NCBI GenBank assembly: GCA_028826165.1
Contig: JAPDFW010000089.1
Coordinates: forward strand, 124,001-188,000
Direction: 5' to 3'
Source of the DNA: Anaeramoeba ignava BMAN
Lineage: Eukaryota; Protista; Anaeramoebae
DNA length: 64,000 nt
This document shows, piece after piece, positions 13,206 through 25,985 of this stretch. The translations under genes and the position numbers were made by a program. The notes beneath the pieces were generated by a model. That model was not told where the DNA came from. It saw only the letters and a program-made list of their open reading frames with translations, and did no database searches. The number at the start of each line of letters is the position of its first letter. Position 1 is the first letter of the stretch.

Positions 13206-16200
13206 TTATTTCCGTAAATTATTTCTTATTGCGATTCCAGCAGAAACTAAAATAGTAGCACCAATTGTATAATTAATTATTTTTTCAAAATTTGATTCTT
13301 GAAAAGAACGATTACGAATATATCCTTCGATAATTTCACGTAAATTAGCTTCTATCTTGTTCTTTTGTTCGAAACTCTCAAGGTTTTCAATAACTCTTTT
13401 TTCGGTATCAATTTTAGTATGAATAATTCCAAGTGCAATTGCTTTCATTTCCATTTGGGTTATTGTAATAGTTTGATAAAGTTGACCAGCAGAAATAACC
13501 TATTTATTTATTTAAAAAAATATTTTGATATTGGATTTAAAATTAAATATTTAAAATTAAATTGAATTAAATTGAATATTAAATATTTAAAATAATTGAA
13601 TATTAAATTGAATATTAAATTGAATTAAATATTTAAAATAATTGAATATGGATTGAATATTAAATTGAATATTGAATTGAATATTAAATTGAATATTGAA
13701 TTGAATATTAAATTTAAATTCAAAATTAAAAATTAAAAATTGTATAAATATTGAATATTGAATTGAATTAAATATTTAAAATAAAAATTACATCAGCTCC
13801 ACATAAATTTTTGGCAGGAGTAGCCAAAGCAACTGAACTATAAATAGGATCAACTGAAATCATTGCATTAACTTCTTTAACAGGTATTTTGAGTTTCTAA
13901 GAAAAGAAGAAAGAAAATAAAAAAGAAAATAAAAAAGAAAATAAAAAAATACATTCATAATTTCGATCATTGATTTGTTAGAATAAGTAGTAGTCATATC
14001 ACAGAACATTGGACCCCATTTCTCATCATGAAGACCACGAATTGGAGAGATTCCAGAAAAATTCGTATGATCTTTAACAAGAACAAAATCTCCAATTTGG
14101 AGCTCAGGATTAACAGAGCACAACTCGCACAATAAGAACAAGGATTTAACAGAAAAAAGATGAGCTAAACGAAGCACAATCACGACATCATGAATGGAGG
14201 TTTTGGAATGGGGTTCGTTCGATCCAGGATAAATGAGCATAACGCCGACATTTAAAAATTCTCCAAAAACAACAAATCCGTTATTGTCATCATGAAAATC
14301 ATCTTCCAATTTATAATCAGGCGAAACAAGATTCGCGATTTCCGATAAAGGAATAGTTTTGGTTCTTTTGAAGTTTTTAAGTGTTAAAACATTCTTGAAT
14401 TCTTCAACACCGTTTTCAATCAAGATTGCCAGTTCAATTTTTAGTCCGTTAAGTAATTTGCTTAATGTTGATTTAATTTTCTCAACATGTCCATAAACAC
14501 CTTGATCGTAAATTGGTTCTGGTGGAAATTCAGTTGCCAAAAGTGATTTTTTTGCTTCTTTTTTGGGCGTTTTTTCTTGGTTATCCAAAGGAATCTGTGT
14601 TTTTTGCTCCACAAAACTTTGTTTTTCTGGTAAATTTGTTTCTACTTGAGAATCAATCATGTCAATCAAGCATTTCATGAATTTCGAGGCTGATTTATGG
14701 GCATTTTGCGAAATGAGTTTCTCAGTCACAATCTTTATATCCTTTTGGTAATAAACAACATTCGCAATTCCGAGAAATTTGACATCAAAATTTCTTGCTG
14801 TTAAAAACCCGTCAAGAGATTCCATTCCAAAAGCATCGACACCAGAAACGCTCTGAAATTTGAATCCGTTGTTAGTGAGATACATTGGAGTCATGCCTGT
14901 TGAAAAGACGCCGCGAAAGATATTGAGTTTGTCATTATTGGCAATTTTTTCGAATTGCGATTTCAAGTCGTTATTCAAAACAAACGCAGTTTTCTTCACT
15001 TTTTGGTTGATTTCGTTGTCGTTGCATTGAATCCCAGTTAAATGATAGTTAACAATATCGTCAATGATCATAACGTCCTTTTGTTCTTGATTTTCGTTTT
15101 GATTAATTCCTGAAGCAATAAAAGTTTGGATCATGAAATTGACTCCCAATTCACGGAATAAAAGAACAAGAAACGACAGTTCTCCTTCATAAAAGCCTCT
15201 GAAATCCTTCGAGAAAACAAGACATCCTGGAACTCGATTTTTTCTTGTGTGTCCAAAAAATAAGTGTGCAAAATGAGCTGATGGACTAATAATTGGCATA
15301 AACGGAATTTTTTTCAATGAAATTGTTTGTTGGATTGAAAAGTGCGATTCAATGTTTTCCATCTCGTGATAACATGAAACAAACAAGCATACTTTTGGCA
15401 ATGCTAATATTTTTTTCCGAATGTAATCTCCTGCTTCGCGGATATGCTCGTATTTTGGTGGAGGTGGTTTGTAGTAAGGAGGAATGTAAATGTTTTCGTA
15501 TTTCATGTCTAGTTTTTTTTCCTCAAATTTTTCCTTTTCTTGTTCTAAAAATGTTATTCTCGATACAAATTCCTTAACAAATTTGCACATTCTTGGTCCG
15601 GAAGTTTCAATTTGTTCTGTAATATCTTCATGTTTTAATTTCTTTTTAGAAATACCAGCTGCAATATTAGAAATATGTGAGAATCCAAAAACCTATTTTT
15701 AAATTTAAAATAAATATTAAAATTAAATATTAAAAATAAATATTAAAATATTTAAAAATAAATATTAAAATATTAAAATTAAATATTAAAAATAAATATT
15801 AAAATAAATATTGAAATAAAATATTCAAATATTTAAATTAAATATTAAATTAAATATTTAAATCAATATTTAAAATATTTAAAATCTTTAAAATCAATAT
15901 TTGCCTCCATTCCAAGTTTTTTTGCTGCAAGAACTTCAACTATTGTTGACATACCAAATGCTGTTGCACCACCTCTTATTCCAGATTGGACTTCTTCAGC
16001 AGTTTCAAAAGCTGGACCAGGAGAAAGAAGATATGTACCTAAAAGGAAATAAAACAAAATTTTTTAATTTAAAAGAAAATAAAACAAATTTTTAATTAAA
16101 AAAAAATTAACCTTCAAACAAAGGGAATATTCAAATCTTTTGAAACACCTCGTGCAATATTAAGTAAACGTGATGAATAAACATCTGATAAATTTGGGAG

Positions 16201-18297
16201 TTCTTCACCCAAAATTGGATCAATAAATGAATCAGTGAGTAAGTTTGTTTTACTTGGAAAAATATGGTCAGTAATTGCCATTATTGAACCTGGTTCCATT
16301 CCTTCTCCACATCCTCCAGCTGCATTCGTGATAATTAATATTTTGCATCCACATAATCCAAGTAAACGAATCCCATATGTTAATTCATGATCCGAATATC
16401 CCTCATATTCATGAACTCGACCTGATAAGCAAAGAACCTTTTTTTTTAGAAAATTTAATTATAAATATAATTATAAATTTAATTATAAATTTAATTATAA
16501 ATTTGATTATAAATTTAATTACAAATATAATTATAAATATAATTATAAATTTAATTATAAATATAATTATAAATATAATTATAAATTTAATTATAAATAT
16601 AATTATAAATTTAATTATCAATTTAATTATAAATATAATTATAAATTTAATTATAAATATAATTATAAATTTAATTATCAATTTAATTATCAATTTGATT
16701 ATAAATTTAATTATAAATTTAATTATAAATTTAATTATAAATATAATTATAAATTTAATTATAGATATAATTATAAATTTAATTATAAATTTAATTATAG
16801 ATTTAATTATAAATATAATTATAAATTTAGTTATAAATTTAATTATAAATTTATTTATAAATTTAATTATAAATATAATTATAAATTTAATTATAAATTT
16901 AATTATAAATTTAATTATAAATTTAATTATAAATATAATTACAAATATAATTATAAATATAATTATAAATTTATTTATAGATATAATTATCAATTTAATT
17001 ATAAATATAATTATAAATTTGATTATAAATATAATTATAAATTTAATTATAAATATAATTACAAATATAATTATAAATATAATTATAAATATAATTATAA
17101 ATTTAATTATAAATATAATTATAAATTTAATTATAAATTTGATTATAAATTTAATTATAAATTTAATTATAAATTTAATTATAAATTTAATTATAAATTT
17201 AATTATAAATTTAATTATAAATTCAATTATAAATTCAATTATAAAATTAATTATAAATATAATTATAAATTTAATTATAAATTTAATTATAAATTTAATT
17301 ATAAATTTGATTATAATTTTAATTATCAATTTAATTATAAATATAATTATAAATATAATTATAAATATAATTATAAATATAATTATAAATTTAATTATAA
17401 ATATGATTATAAATTTAATTATAAATTTAATTATAAATTTAATTATCAATTTAATTATAAATTTATTTATAAATTTAATTATAAATTTAATTATAAATAT
17501 AATTATAAATTTAATTATAAATTTAATTATAAATATAATTATCAATTTAATTATAGATATAATTATAAATTTATTTATAAATTTAATTATAAATTTAATT
17601 ATAAATTTGATTATAAAAATTTAATTATAAATTTAATTATAAATATAATTATAAATATAATTATAAATATAATTATAAATTTAATTATAAATTTAATTAT
17701 AAATTTAATTATAAATATGATTATAAATTTAATTATAAATTTAATTATAAATTTAATTATCAATTTAATTATAAATTTAATTATAAATATAATTATAAAT
17801 TTAATTATAAATTTAATTATAGATATAATTATAAATTTATTTATAAGTTTAATTATCAATATAATTATAAATTTAATTATAAATTTAATTATAAATTTAA
17901 TTATAAATTTAATTATAAATTTAATTATAAATTTAATTATAAATTTATTTATAGATATAATTATAAATTTATTTATAAATTTAATTATAATTTTAATTAT
18001 CAATTTGGGTATCTGTTTTTTTGTTTTTGATCAGTTTAAAAAAACAACTAAACTTACATTTTTTCCTTTAAGTTTCCCACCAATTAAACAACCTTTATGA
18101 GAAGAAACTGACGTTTGAGGCATTCCAGGAATTTCTGAATAAGGAATTTCTTTTACGTTTTCGATAGTATCGGCAAGACTTCCTAAACCTGAACCTAAAA
18201 CCATTCCAATATCTCCTTCACCAATTCTTTCTTTAATAATATTAACGGCAGAAAGAAGTTTTTGATTATATTCTGAGATTTTTATTCTTTCAATCAT
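13206..18297 (-). CDS. Purine nucleoside phosphorylase with three tandem PNP domains (one intact, two degenerate)
   Basis: Domain 1 has GSGLG, GRVHEYEG, TNAAGG, GPAFET, GMST and SNIAAG. Domain 2 has FYEG, DAFGMES and GIANV. Domain 3 has DHTNFSGISPIRG...WGPMFCDM. All are joined by GT-AG introns. Confidence 0.85.
16452..18005. repeat. Intronic 12-bp array (AATTATAAATTT)n, ~1.55 kb, in PNP intron 1
   Basis: Direct inspection; this array produces the spurious IINL/IIKF ORFs. Confidence 0.92.
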
Positions 18298-18344
18298 TTT
18301 TTATTAAATGAAAAATGAAAAATGAAAAAAGGAAATTTAAAAAT

Positions 18345-19045
18345 TTAATCAAAATTAAATCAAAATTTAATCAAAATTTAACCAATATTAAATCAAAATT
18401 TAATCAAAATTAAATCAAAATTAAATTAAAATTAAATCAAAATTAAATCAAAATTAAATCAAAATTTAATCAAAATTTAATCAAAATTTAATCAAAATTT
18501 AATCAAAATTTAATCAAAATTTAATCAAAATTTAATCAAAATTTAATCAAAATTTAATCAAAATTTAATCAAAATTTAATCAAAATTTAATCAAAATTTA
18601 ATCAAAATTTAATCAAAATTAAATCAAAATTTAATTAAAATTTAATCAAAATTTAATCAAAATTTAACCAAAATTAAATCAAAATTTAATCAAAATTAAA
18701 TCAAAATTAAATAAAAATTTAATCAAAATTTAATCAAAATTTAATCAAAATTAAATCAAAATTTAACCAATATTAAATCAAAATTTAATCAAAATTTAAT
18801 CAAAATTTAATCAAAATTAAATCAAAATTTAATCAAAATTTAATCAAAATTAAATCAAAATTTAATCAATATTAAATAAAAATTAAATCAAAATTAAATC
18901 AAAATTTAATCAAAATTTAATCAAAATTAAATCAAAATTTAATCAAAATTTAATCAAAATTTAATCAAAATTTAATTAAAATTTAATCAAAATTTAATCA
19001 AAATTTAATCAAAATTTAATCAAAATTTAATCAAAATTAAATAAA
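18345..19045. repeat. Intergenic 11-bp array (AAAATTTAATC)n between the divergent PNP and phosphoesterase genes
   Basis: Direct inspection. Confidence 0.9.
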
Positions 19046-19188
19046 TTTTTAAATTAATTTTTAAATTAATTTTGGGTTAACGTGTCACTTTTTACCGATC
19101 CTTAATTTTTTAATCAATTTCTTTAAACTGAGAATTTCATTTTTTTCTTTTTGAATTTTTCAGTTTGAGTTTTTTTTTTTTTAAAATT

Positions 19189-22100
19189 ATGTTATCAATT
19201 TTTGGGATTTTCTCATTACCGTTCAGTATTTTTGTTTTAATTTTCTGTGCACATCATGGATTTCATTTTTTTGAATATGGGGGAATGGTTGTAACAATGA
19301 TTATATCACCATTAGAATACAATTTCCTATTTGAACCGATAGCAGAAAGCACTAAAAAAGTGTGGCAACCATCATATCTTTTTGAACCAAAAAACAACTC
19401 AACTGATTCATTATATATTACAATCATCCACTATTTTTATCTTTACTGCTATCTTGCAACTGCTATTCTCTGCTTTGGATTGTTTAAAAGATCTATCACT
19501 AGATGGCTTTGGCGCTGGCTTTTTGTTATTCCTTCTGGTTTCTTCTCTGCTTGCACTTGGGTCATGTTTATCCCAACTTTGCTTATAAGAATGTTCTTTA
19601 TTAGATCAGTTAGAAGTGGTATGTTCCCTTTTATTTTCTTTGCTCCTGCTGCTCTTTTTGGTTTGGTTGGTATTTTCCAAAGTTTATGGACTCGCCAATC
19701 AACTGTTCATCTTACTTTTGATCCTTCATCTTCTGAGTAAGAGAAGCATTTGCAACTTCATCAAAAATCAAATATAAATTAAATATAAATTAAATATAAA
19801 TTAAATATAAATCAAATTTAAATTAAATATAAATCAAATATAAATCAAATATAAATTAAATATATAAATTAAATATATAAATCAAATATAAATCAAATAT
19901 ATAAATTAAATTTAAATTAAATATAAATCAAATATAAATCAAATATAAATTAAATATATAAATTAAATATGAGAGATTCGAGGCACAAAAAAATAAATAA
20001 AAAAAAAAGCCTTTGAAAGCCTTTCATGCCCCAAAAATTATTCTATTCTCAATTAAATTTTTTTTTTCCTATAATTTTAATAAAAGATCTTATTTAAATT
20101 TTTTTTTTCCTATAATTTTAATAAAAGATCTTATTAAATTTTTTTTTCCTATAATTTTAATAAAAGATCTTATTTAATTTTTTTTTTCCTGAATTTGAAT
20201 TTAAAAGAAAAATTTTTGCTTGTTTTGATCCATTTTTCCTTTTCTTTTTTTTTTTGAAATGTCACTTTTTTTTGTTACTTTTTCAAACAAATTTGCGCTT
20301 TTTCAAGTTGAAAAAATAATCAATTTCAAAAATTTCCGGAAAGAAATTTCGTTCATCTTTTCTTTGAGGAATGAAATAAAATCATTCTACTATTTCTTTC
20401 TCCAAAAGAAAATTGAAATCAAAAATAATTCGAGTTTGGAAATCTTTGTTGGTTTGGTCAAGAAGAAACATGAGGATTTAGAAGTTTATGGAAATATTGG
20501 GGTTTTACACATAAATTATGAATCAAAGATTAAAAAAAACCTAAAAAAGGAAGTAAATGGAACAGTAAAGCAATTTATCCACAAGAATTCATTTCTTACT
20601 TTGAATGAGACCAATTTTTCTGTATATTGCTCAATATGCGATAAAGAACTCCAAGGAATCTCTAAATGGAAAATTCAAAGACATTGTAGGTCACAACATC
20701 ATCGCCTTCTTATTCCTTTGAATTTACAGCAACAGAAGAATGAAGGAAGATGCAACTTTGATTCAAAAGAATCAGCCTTACTTAGAATCCTAGAACATTT
20801 ACAAACGTTCTCAAACACAGATTTTTATTCCAGGAAAGAAATTCCAACTTATAGAACAGGCCTCTCTAAAAAAAGGATTTTCAAGCAAATATCTGATTCA
20901 TTACCCAATGTAGATTATAGAAAATTTTGCTTTTATTCGAGTCATTATTTCTGTTTGAAACACAATACACCAATTTTCTTCCAATGTGAAAAGTGTGCAA
21001 ATCCTAATCCTCAAAAAGTGGCGAATCACAGAAATAAAGTTCAAATGATGAGAAATTTCTTTAAAGATGAAGTACAAGATCCCACAAAACTAGTTATTAT
21101 TTTAGATTTCGGAGAGAACATACAAGAATATCGAGATGGGTGGAATACTCAAGAATTTTACATCAAAAATTCATGGGTTATCTTCAATATATGTTTAATT
21201 CAAGGAACTGAATTTGAATATTACGATTATATCTCAGAAGAGAAAAGCAAAGTAATGTTATAGAATTTAGAATTTAGAATTTACAAAAAAAACTTAAAAA
21301 AATCTTAATTTTGTTTTAGGATTCGGTATTTGTGATGGAATCTTTAGGAAAATTTGCACAAATTTTAGATCAAAAACAACGAAAAAAAAAACTAAATTCT
21401 TATGAAAGCATTTCAATTTTTAGTGACGGAGGATCTAGTCTCAAAAATAATTTGGTGATTCCAACAATAATTCAACTCTTCTCTTCTAATTTTAAGAAAA
21501 TTACCATTGGATATTTTCTCACAAATCATGGTAAAAATTACAGTGATGCCCATTTCGGCAATATTTCAAGAAATAGATCAAGCTTTGGGAATATAAGAAC
21601 AATTGAAGAGTTAGATAATTATCTGAAAACTCTGAAGAACACTTTTCCAACAATTATGTCAGTTGACCGTTCGATTAAATATTCCTACACACAAGGAATT
21701 CCATATCTGAAAAAAACTCATTTATTTTTTTATGATAAAGGTCATTTTGAAGCCTGGTTTAATCCCCAAAGAAGAGGACGTAAAAGAAGAATTCCAATAA
21801 TCAAGAAGATTCAAATTTATGATAAAGATTTAGCCAATCATAATTTTCAGATTCAAGATGTGAATGAAAAAAATCACTCAAAATTAATACAGCCAATATC
21901 TCAAAATCTTCCAATTTCAAGAAAGGAGAACGAAAAGGAGGTTGATAATCAACAAAAAGAAGAAAACCAAAAGCGACCATTTCTGAGCCAAAAAATTACA
22001 AAAAGCAAGAAAAGAAAAAATCAAATGATAGAAATTTATAACGAAAATCAACAAATTGAAAAGAAAAACAAATCTAACAAGATTCCTGAATTAGAAATTC

Positions 22101-25100
22101 AGAATTTACTTCCCTTAAACCAAAATTTGAATAGAGAAAACCAGGTAAAACTAAAAAAAAGAAAATATTTTCTTTTGTGTGCTTCTCTTTCTGATTTTCT
22201 TTGAATATTGTGTTTTATAGGTAATTCAAACAATCCCCAACTCTGGAAATTCATGTTATATCGCATCAATTGTCCAGATTTTGATCAGGACATCAGCTCG
22301 AAACCTTCTTCCTTTAGGAGATATCTCAGAAAAATTATGGGATATTTTTAATTCAAAGCAAAGATATATAGAAGTCCAAGATTTGAGAAAGGAAGTAGGT
22401 AAGCATTTTGTCAATTTTGATAATTTGAACCAACAAGATCTACACGAATTTTTTATTAATTTATTTGAATTATTGGACAAGGGAAACAATTTTAGATATT
22501 CCAGATAAAGATGATCTTTTGTATCATGCCTTTGATTTATGGAATAAAACTATTTTGAATGATTTTTGTATTCGCTTAATTCAAAAAGTGAAATGCTTGG
22601 AATGTAAACATTTTTCCTTTAGTTTTCCTCAAGAAACAGGTATACTGCTAAGTTTAGAAAAGTGAAAAAGATTGTAACTTAATAGAATTGCTCAATTCAT
22701 TTTTCTCAAAAATTACTTTTGATGAAAACAATCTCCTATTTTGTGAACATTGTCAAAAAGTTCAAAGTTCTTTCCAATTTTTTTTGAATTCATATTCCCA
22801 AATTTTTCATGATATTTGTCAAAAGAAGCTTCTATGATCCAATTTTGAAGGAAGAAAGAAAAAATATGGCAAGAATACAAGTTCCAAGAAAGATTCAACT
22901 TAATAATTTTTTATTCTCTCCTTCTAGTTCTATGTCAAACTCATTGTCATTTTGGGGATCAATTCATCACCAAGGAGAAGAACAAGAAGCAAAAGGAGGT
23001 CATTTCTGGACTGAAGTGAAAGATGAAAGAAATGCTGGAGATTTTCAAGTTTTTGATGATTCGACAACTTTGACTATTCCTAATCCTTGCCGGAAATCGA
23101 ATTCATATGTCTTGATGACATATCAAAGAGATGATAAGTAAATATTCCATTCAAATTCAACTAATCTCTTTTTTCTTTGATTGATTTTTCTTGATTGATT
23201 TTTTTTGATTGATTTTTTTTGATTGATTTTTTTTGATTGATTTTTCAAAAAATAAAAATTTCCCCATTAGCCTTTTGCGGCCTCAAATTTTCAGGTTTCA
23301 CAAAAGAATTTTTAATTTATTTTTCAATAAAAAGGGGAATTTTTTTTTAAATATTTTGAGATGTTTTTGCCTCTCCCTTTCTCTCATATATAAATCAAAT
23401 ATAAATCAAATATAAATTAAATATAAATTAAATATAAATTAAATATAAATCAAATATAAATTAAATATAAATTAAATATAAATTAAATATAAATCAAATA
23501 TAAATCAAATATAAATTAAATATAAATCTAATATAAATCAAATATAAATTAAATATAAATTAAATATAAATTAAATATAAATTAAATATAAATCAAATAT
23601 AAATCAAATATAAATCAAATATAAATCAAATATAAATCAAATATAAATTAAATATAAATTAAATATAAATTAAATATATATTAAATATAAATCTAATATA
23701 AAATCAAATATAAATCAAATATAAATCAAATATAAATTAAATATAAATTAAATATAAATTAAATATATATTAAATATAAATCTAATATAAATCAAATATA
23801 AATTAAATATAAATCAAATATAAATCAAATATAAATTAAATATAAAATCTAATATAAATTAAATATAAATTAAATATAAATCAAATATAAATTAAATATA
23901 AATTAAATATAAATTAAATATAAATCAAATATAAATTAAATATAAATCTAATATAAATTAAATATAAATTAAATATAAATTAAATATAAATCTAATATAA
24001 ATTAAATATAAATTAAATATAAATTAAATATAAATTAAATATAAATTAAATATAAATCAAATATAAATCAAATATAAATAAAATATAAATTAAATATAAA
24101 TTAAATATAAATCAAATATAAATCAAATATATAAATCAAATATAAATTAAATATAAATTAAATATAAATCAAATATAAATTAAATATAAATTAAATATAA
24201 ATTAAATATAAATTAAATATAAATTAAATATAAATTAAATATAAATTAAATATAAATTAAATATAAATCAAATATAAATCAAATATAAATCAAATATAAA
24301 TTAAATATAAATCAAATATAAATCTAATATAAATCAAATATAAATCAAATATAAATTAAATATAAATTAAATATAAATTAAATTTAAATCAAATATAAAT
24401 CAAATATAAATCAAATATAAATTAAATATAAATTAAATATAAATTAAATATAAATTAAATATAAATCAAATATAAATCAAATATAAATCAAATATAAATC
24501 AAATATAAATTAAATATAAATCAAATATTTATGTAAAATTCATTTTTTTAGATTAGAACCAGTTACCAAAAGAGATCGACAAAAATCCAAAAAGAAATAT
24601 TGGGAGAAAAAAAAAAAAGAAAAGAAGAATTGGAACACAATTAGAATTATTCAATTAACTGATATACATTTAGGACCTTTTATGAATAAAAGAAGATTAC
24701 TTGGAATTTGTAAATCCGCAATGAAAAAGAATCCACACCTTATATTTTTAACAGGAGATTTCTTAACAAGAGAAACAGAAACACCTCAAGGAGAACAAAT
24801 ACTTAGAGAAGGATTAGCTCCTTTTCAAAAATTAAAAGGAAATGTTTTTGCTTGTGTTGGAAATCATGATTATGCATATCTTCCTGGAATTGCTCATGGT
24901 AAAAATCAAATATTAAAAATCAAATATTAAAAAATATTAAAAATCAAATATTAAAAAATATTAAAAAATATTTAAAAATATTTAAAAAAAATAAATTTGG
25001 ATTTAAAATTAACTTTAGCACTTGAGGATAATGGAATTATTTTACTTAGAGATGAATCCCAAATCGTTAATTTAAGTAAATACAAGATCAAAAAAATCAA

Positions 25101-25707
25101 ATCATTTTATTAAAAAAGAAAAAAAAAATAAATCAAAAGAAAATTGTACTGTAGAAATTACAGGCTTTGATTTTGGAACTTCTGCAGCAGTTATGCAAGA
25201 TAGATTAGAAAGTAAAAAGGATGTTGATTTGAAACTTGCACTTCTTCATGATCCGCAAGCATTTGATAAACTTCCTCCAAAAGCAGGAGTAGTAACATTT
25301 TCAGGACATACACATGGAGGTCAACTAGGATTAAATTGGATCGGACTTCCTTACAGTTTTATTGGGTTATTTCTTCATGATCAAGGAGTAAAAAACAAAA
25401 TAATAAATTCAAAAAAAAAAAATTTTTTTGTTCCACTTTTTTTTATTTATATTTTCTCATTCCATTCCATTTATTTTAGGCTTATTCTTGCGCCCGAAAT
25501 TTACTATATATCCACAGAGGAACTTGCCATTATGGATTCCCTATTCGATTTGGTGTAAATGCAGAACAATCAACTATATTTCTTCACTTTACAAAAAATA
25601 CCCAAATAAAAAATCCAAAAACAAATGATACTGTTACACTTTCAGAAACTTCTTCAGGAGAACATCAAGAACTTTTAGATAATTCATTACAAAATAGAAT
25701 CAAATAA
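19189..25707 (+). CDS. Transmembrane calcineurin-like metallophosphoesterase (YkuE/TMPPE-like); intron 1 (19737-24551) hosts a transposon
   Basis: A hydrophobic exon 1 splices in phase 2 to exon 24552 (E-LEPVTK...TDIHLG). Motifs are DIH, TGD, GNHD, LLHDP, SGHTHGGQ and HRGT...PIRFG, with the stop at 25705-25707. Confidence 0.88.
20053..20190 (+). repeat. Left subterminal ~41-bp direct repeat (3 copies) of the transposon
   Basis: TTTTTCCTATAATTTTAATAAAAGATCTTATT occurs three times. Confidence 0.85.
20259..23141 (+). CDS. Sola2-like transposase-USP fusion (exons 20259-21251, 21320-22144, 22221-23141; three +1 homopolymer shifts in the USP part)
   Basis: C2H2 finger CSICDK...RHCRSQHH; transposase motifs LDFGEN, IFSDGG..KN and NHGKNYSDAHFG; USP motifs PNSGNSCYIASIVQ, QQDLHEFF, CLEC/CEHC, IFVKR and HHQG...GGHF...FDD. 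Both introns are phase-0 GT-AG. Confidence 0.82.
23386..24527. repeat. Intronic 11-bp array (AAATATAAATY)n, continuing 19770-19970 on the other side of the transposon
   Basis: The same unit is present on both flanks of the element. Confidence 0.92.
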
Positions 25708-25985
25708 ATTCCTTTTTTTTTTTTTCAAAAGAAAAAATTAAAATTTTAAAAAGAGATTTTGTTTCATTTCTTTTTTTTTTGAAAGTAAACAAAACAAAAT
25801 TAAAAAGAAAATTAAAAAGAAAGTTAAAAAGAAAGTTAAAAAGAAAGTTAAAAAGAAAGTTAAAAAGAAAGCACAAAAAAAAACTCAATTCATTTTTGAT
25901 CCACTTTTGATCCACTTTTGATGAAATTATCCATTTCTTTTTTTTCTTTTGTTTTTTAAAAAAAAAAACAGATAATTTTATTCTT

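Larger units (their letters stand above)
19971..23385 (+). mobile_element. Sola2-like DNA transposon encoding a DDD transposase fused to a USP (peptidase C19) domain
   Basis: Ends GAGAGATTCGAGGCACAAAAA and TTTTTGCCTCTCCCTTTCTCTC form imperfect TIRs. ATAT is duplicated at 19967-19970 and 23386-23389, and the element interrupts an otherwise continuous 11-bp satellite. Confidence 0.88.

Noticed and set aside
16377-18100. Long IINL/IIKF ORFs, and the KLKL, FNFN, ILIL and IYL ORFs elsewhere
   Set aside because: They are translations of intronic AT tandem repeats lying between identifiable exons.
18345-19045. Telomeric repeat
   Set aside because: The array is internal, has no G-rich strand, and resembles the other local AT satellites.
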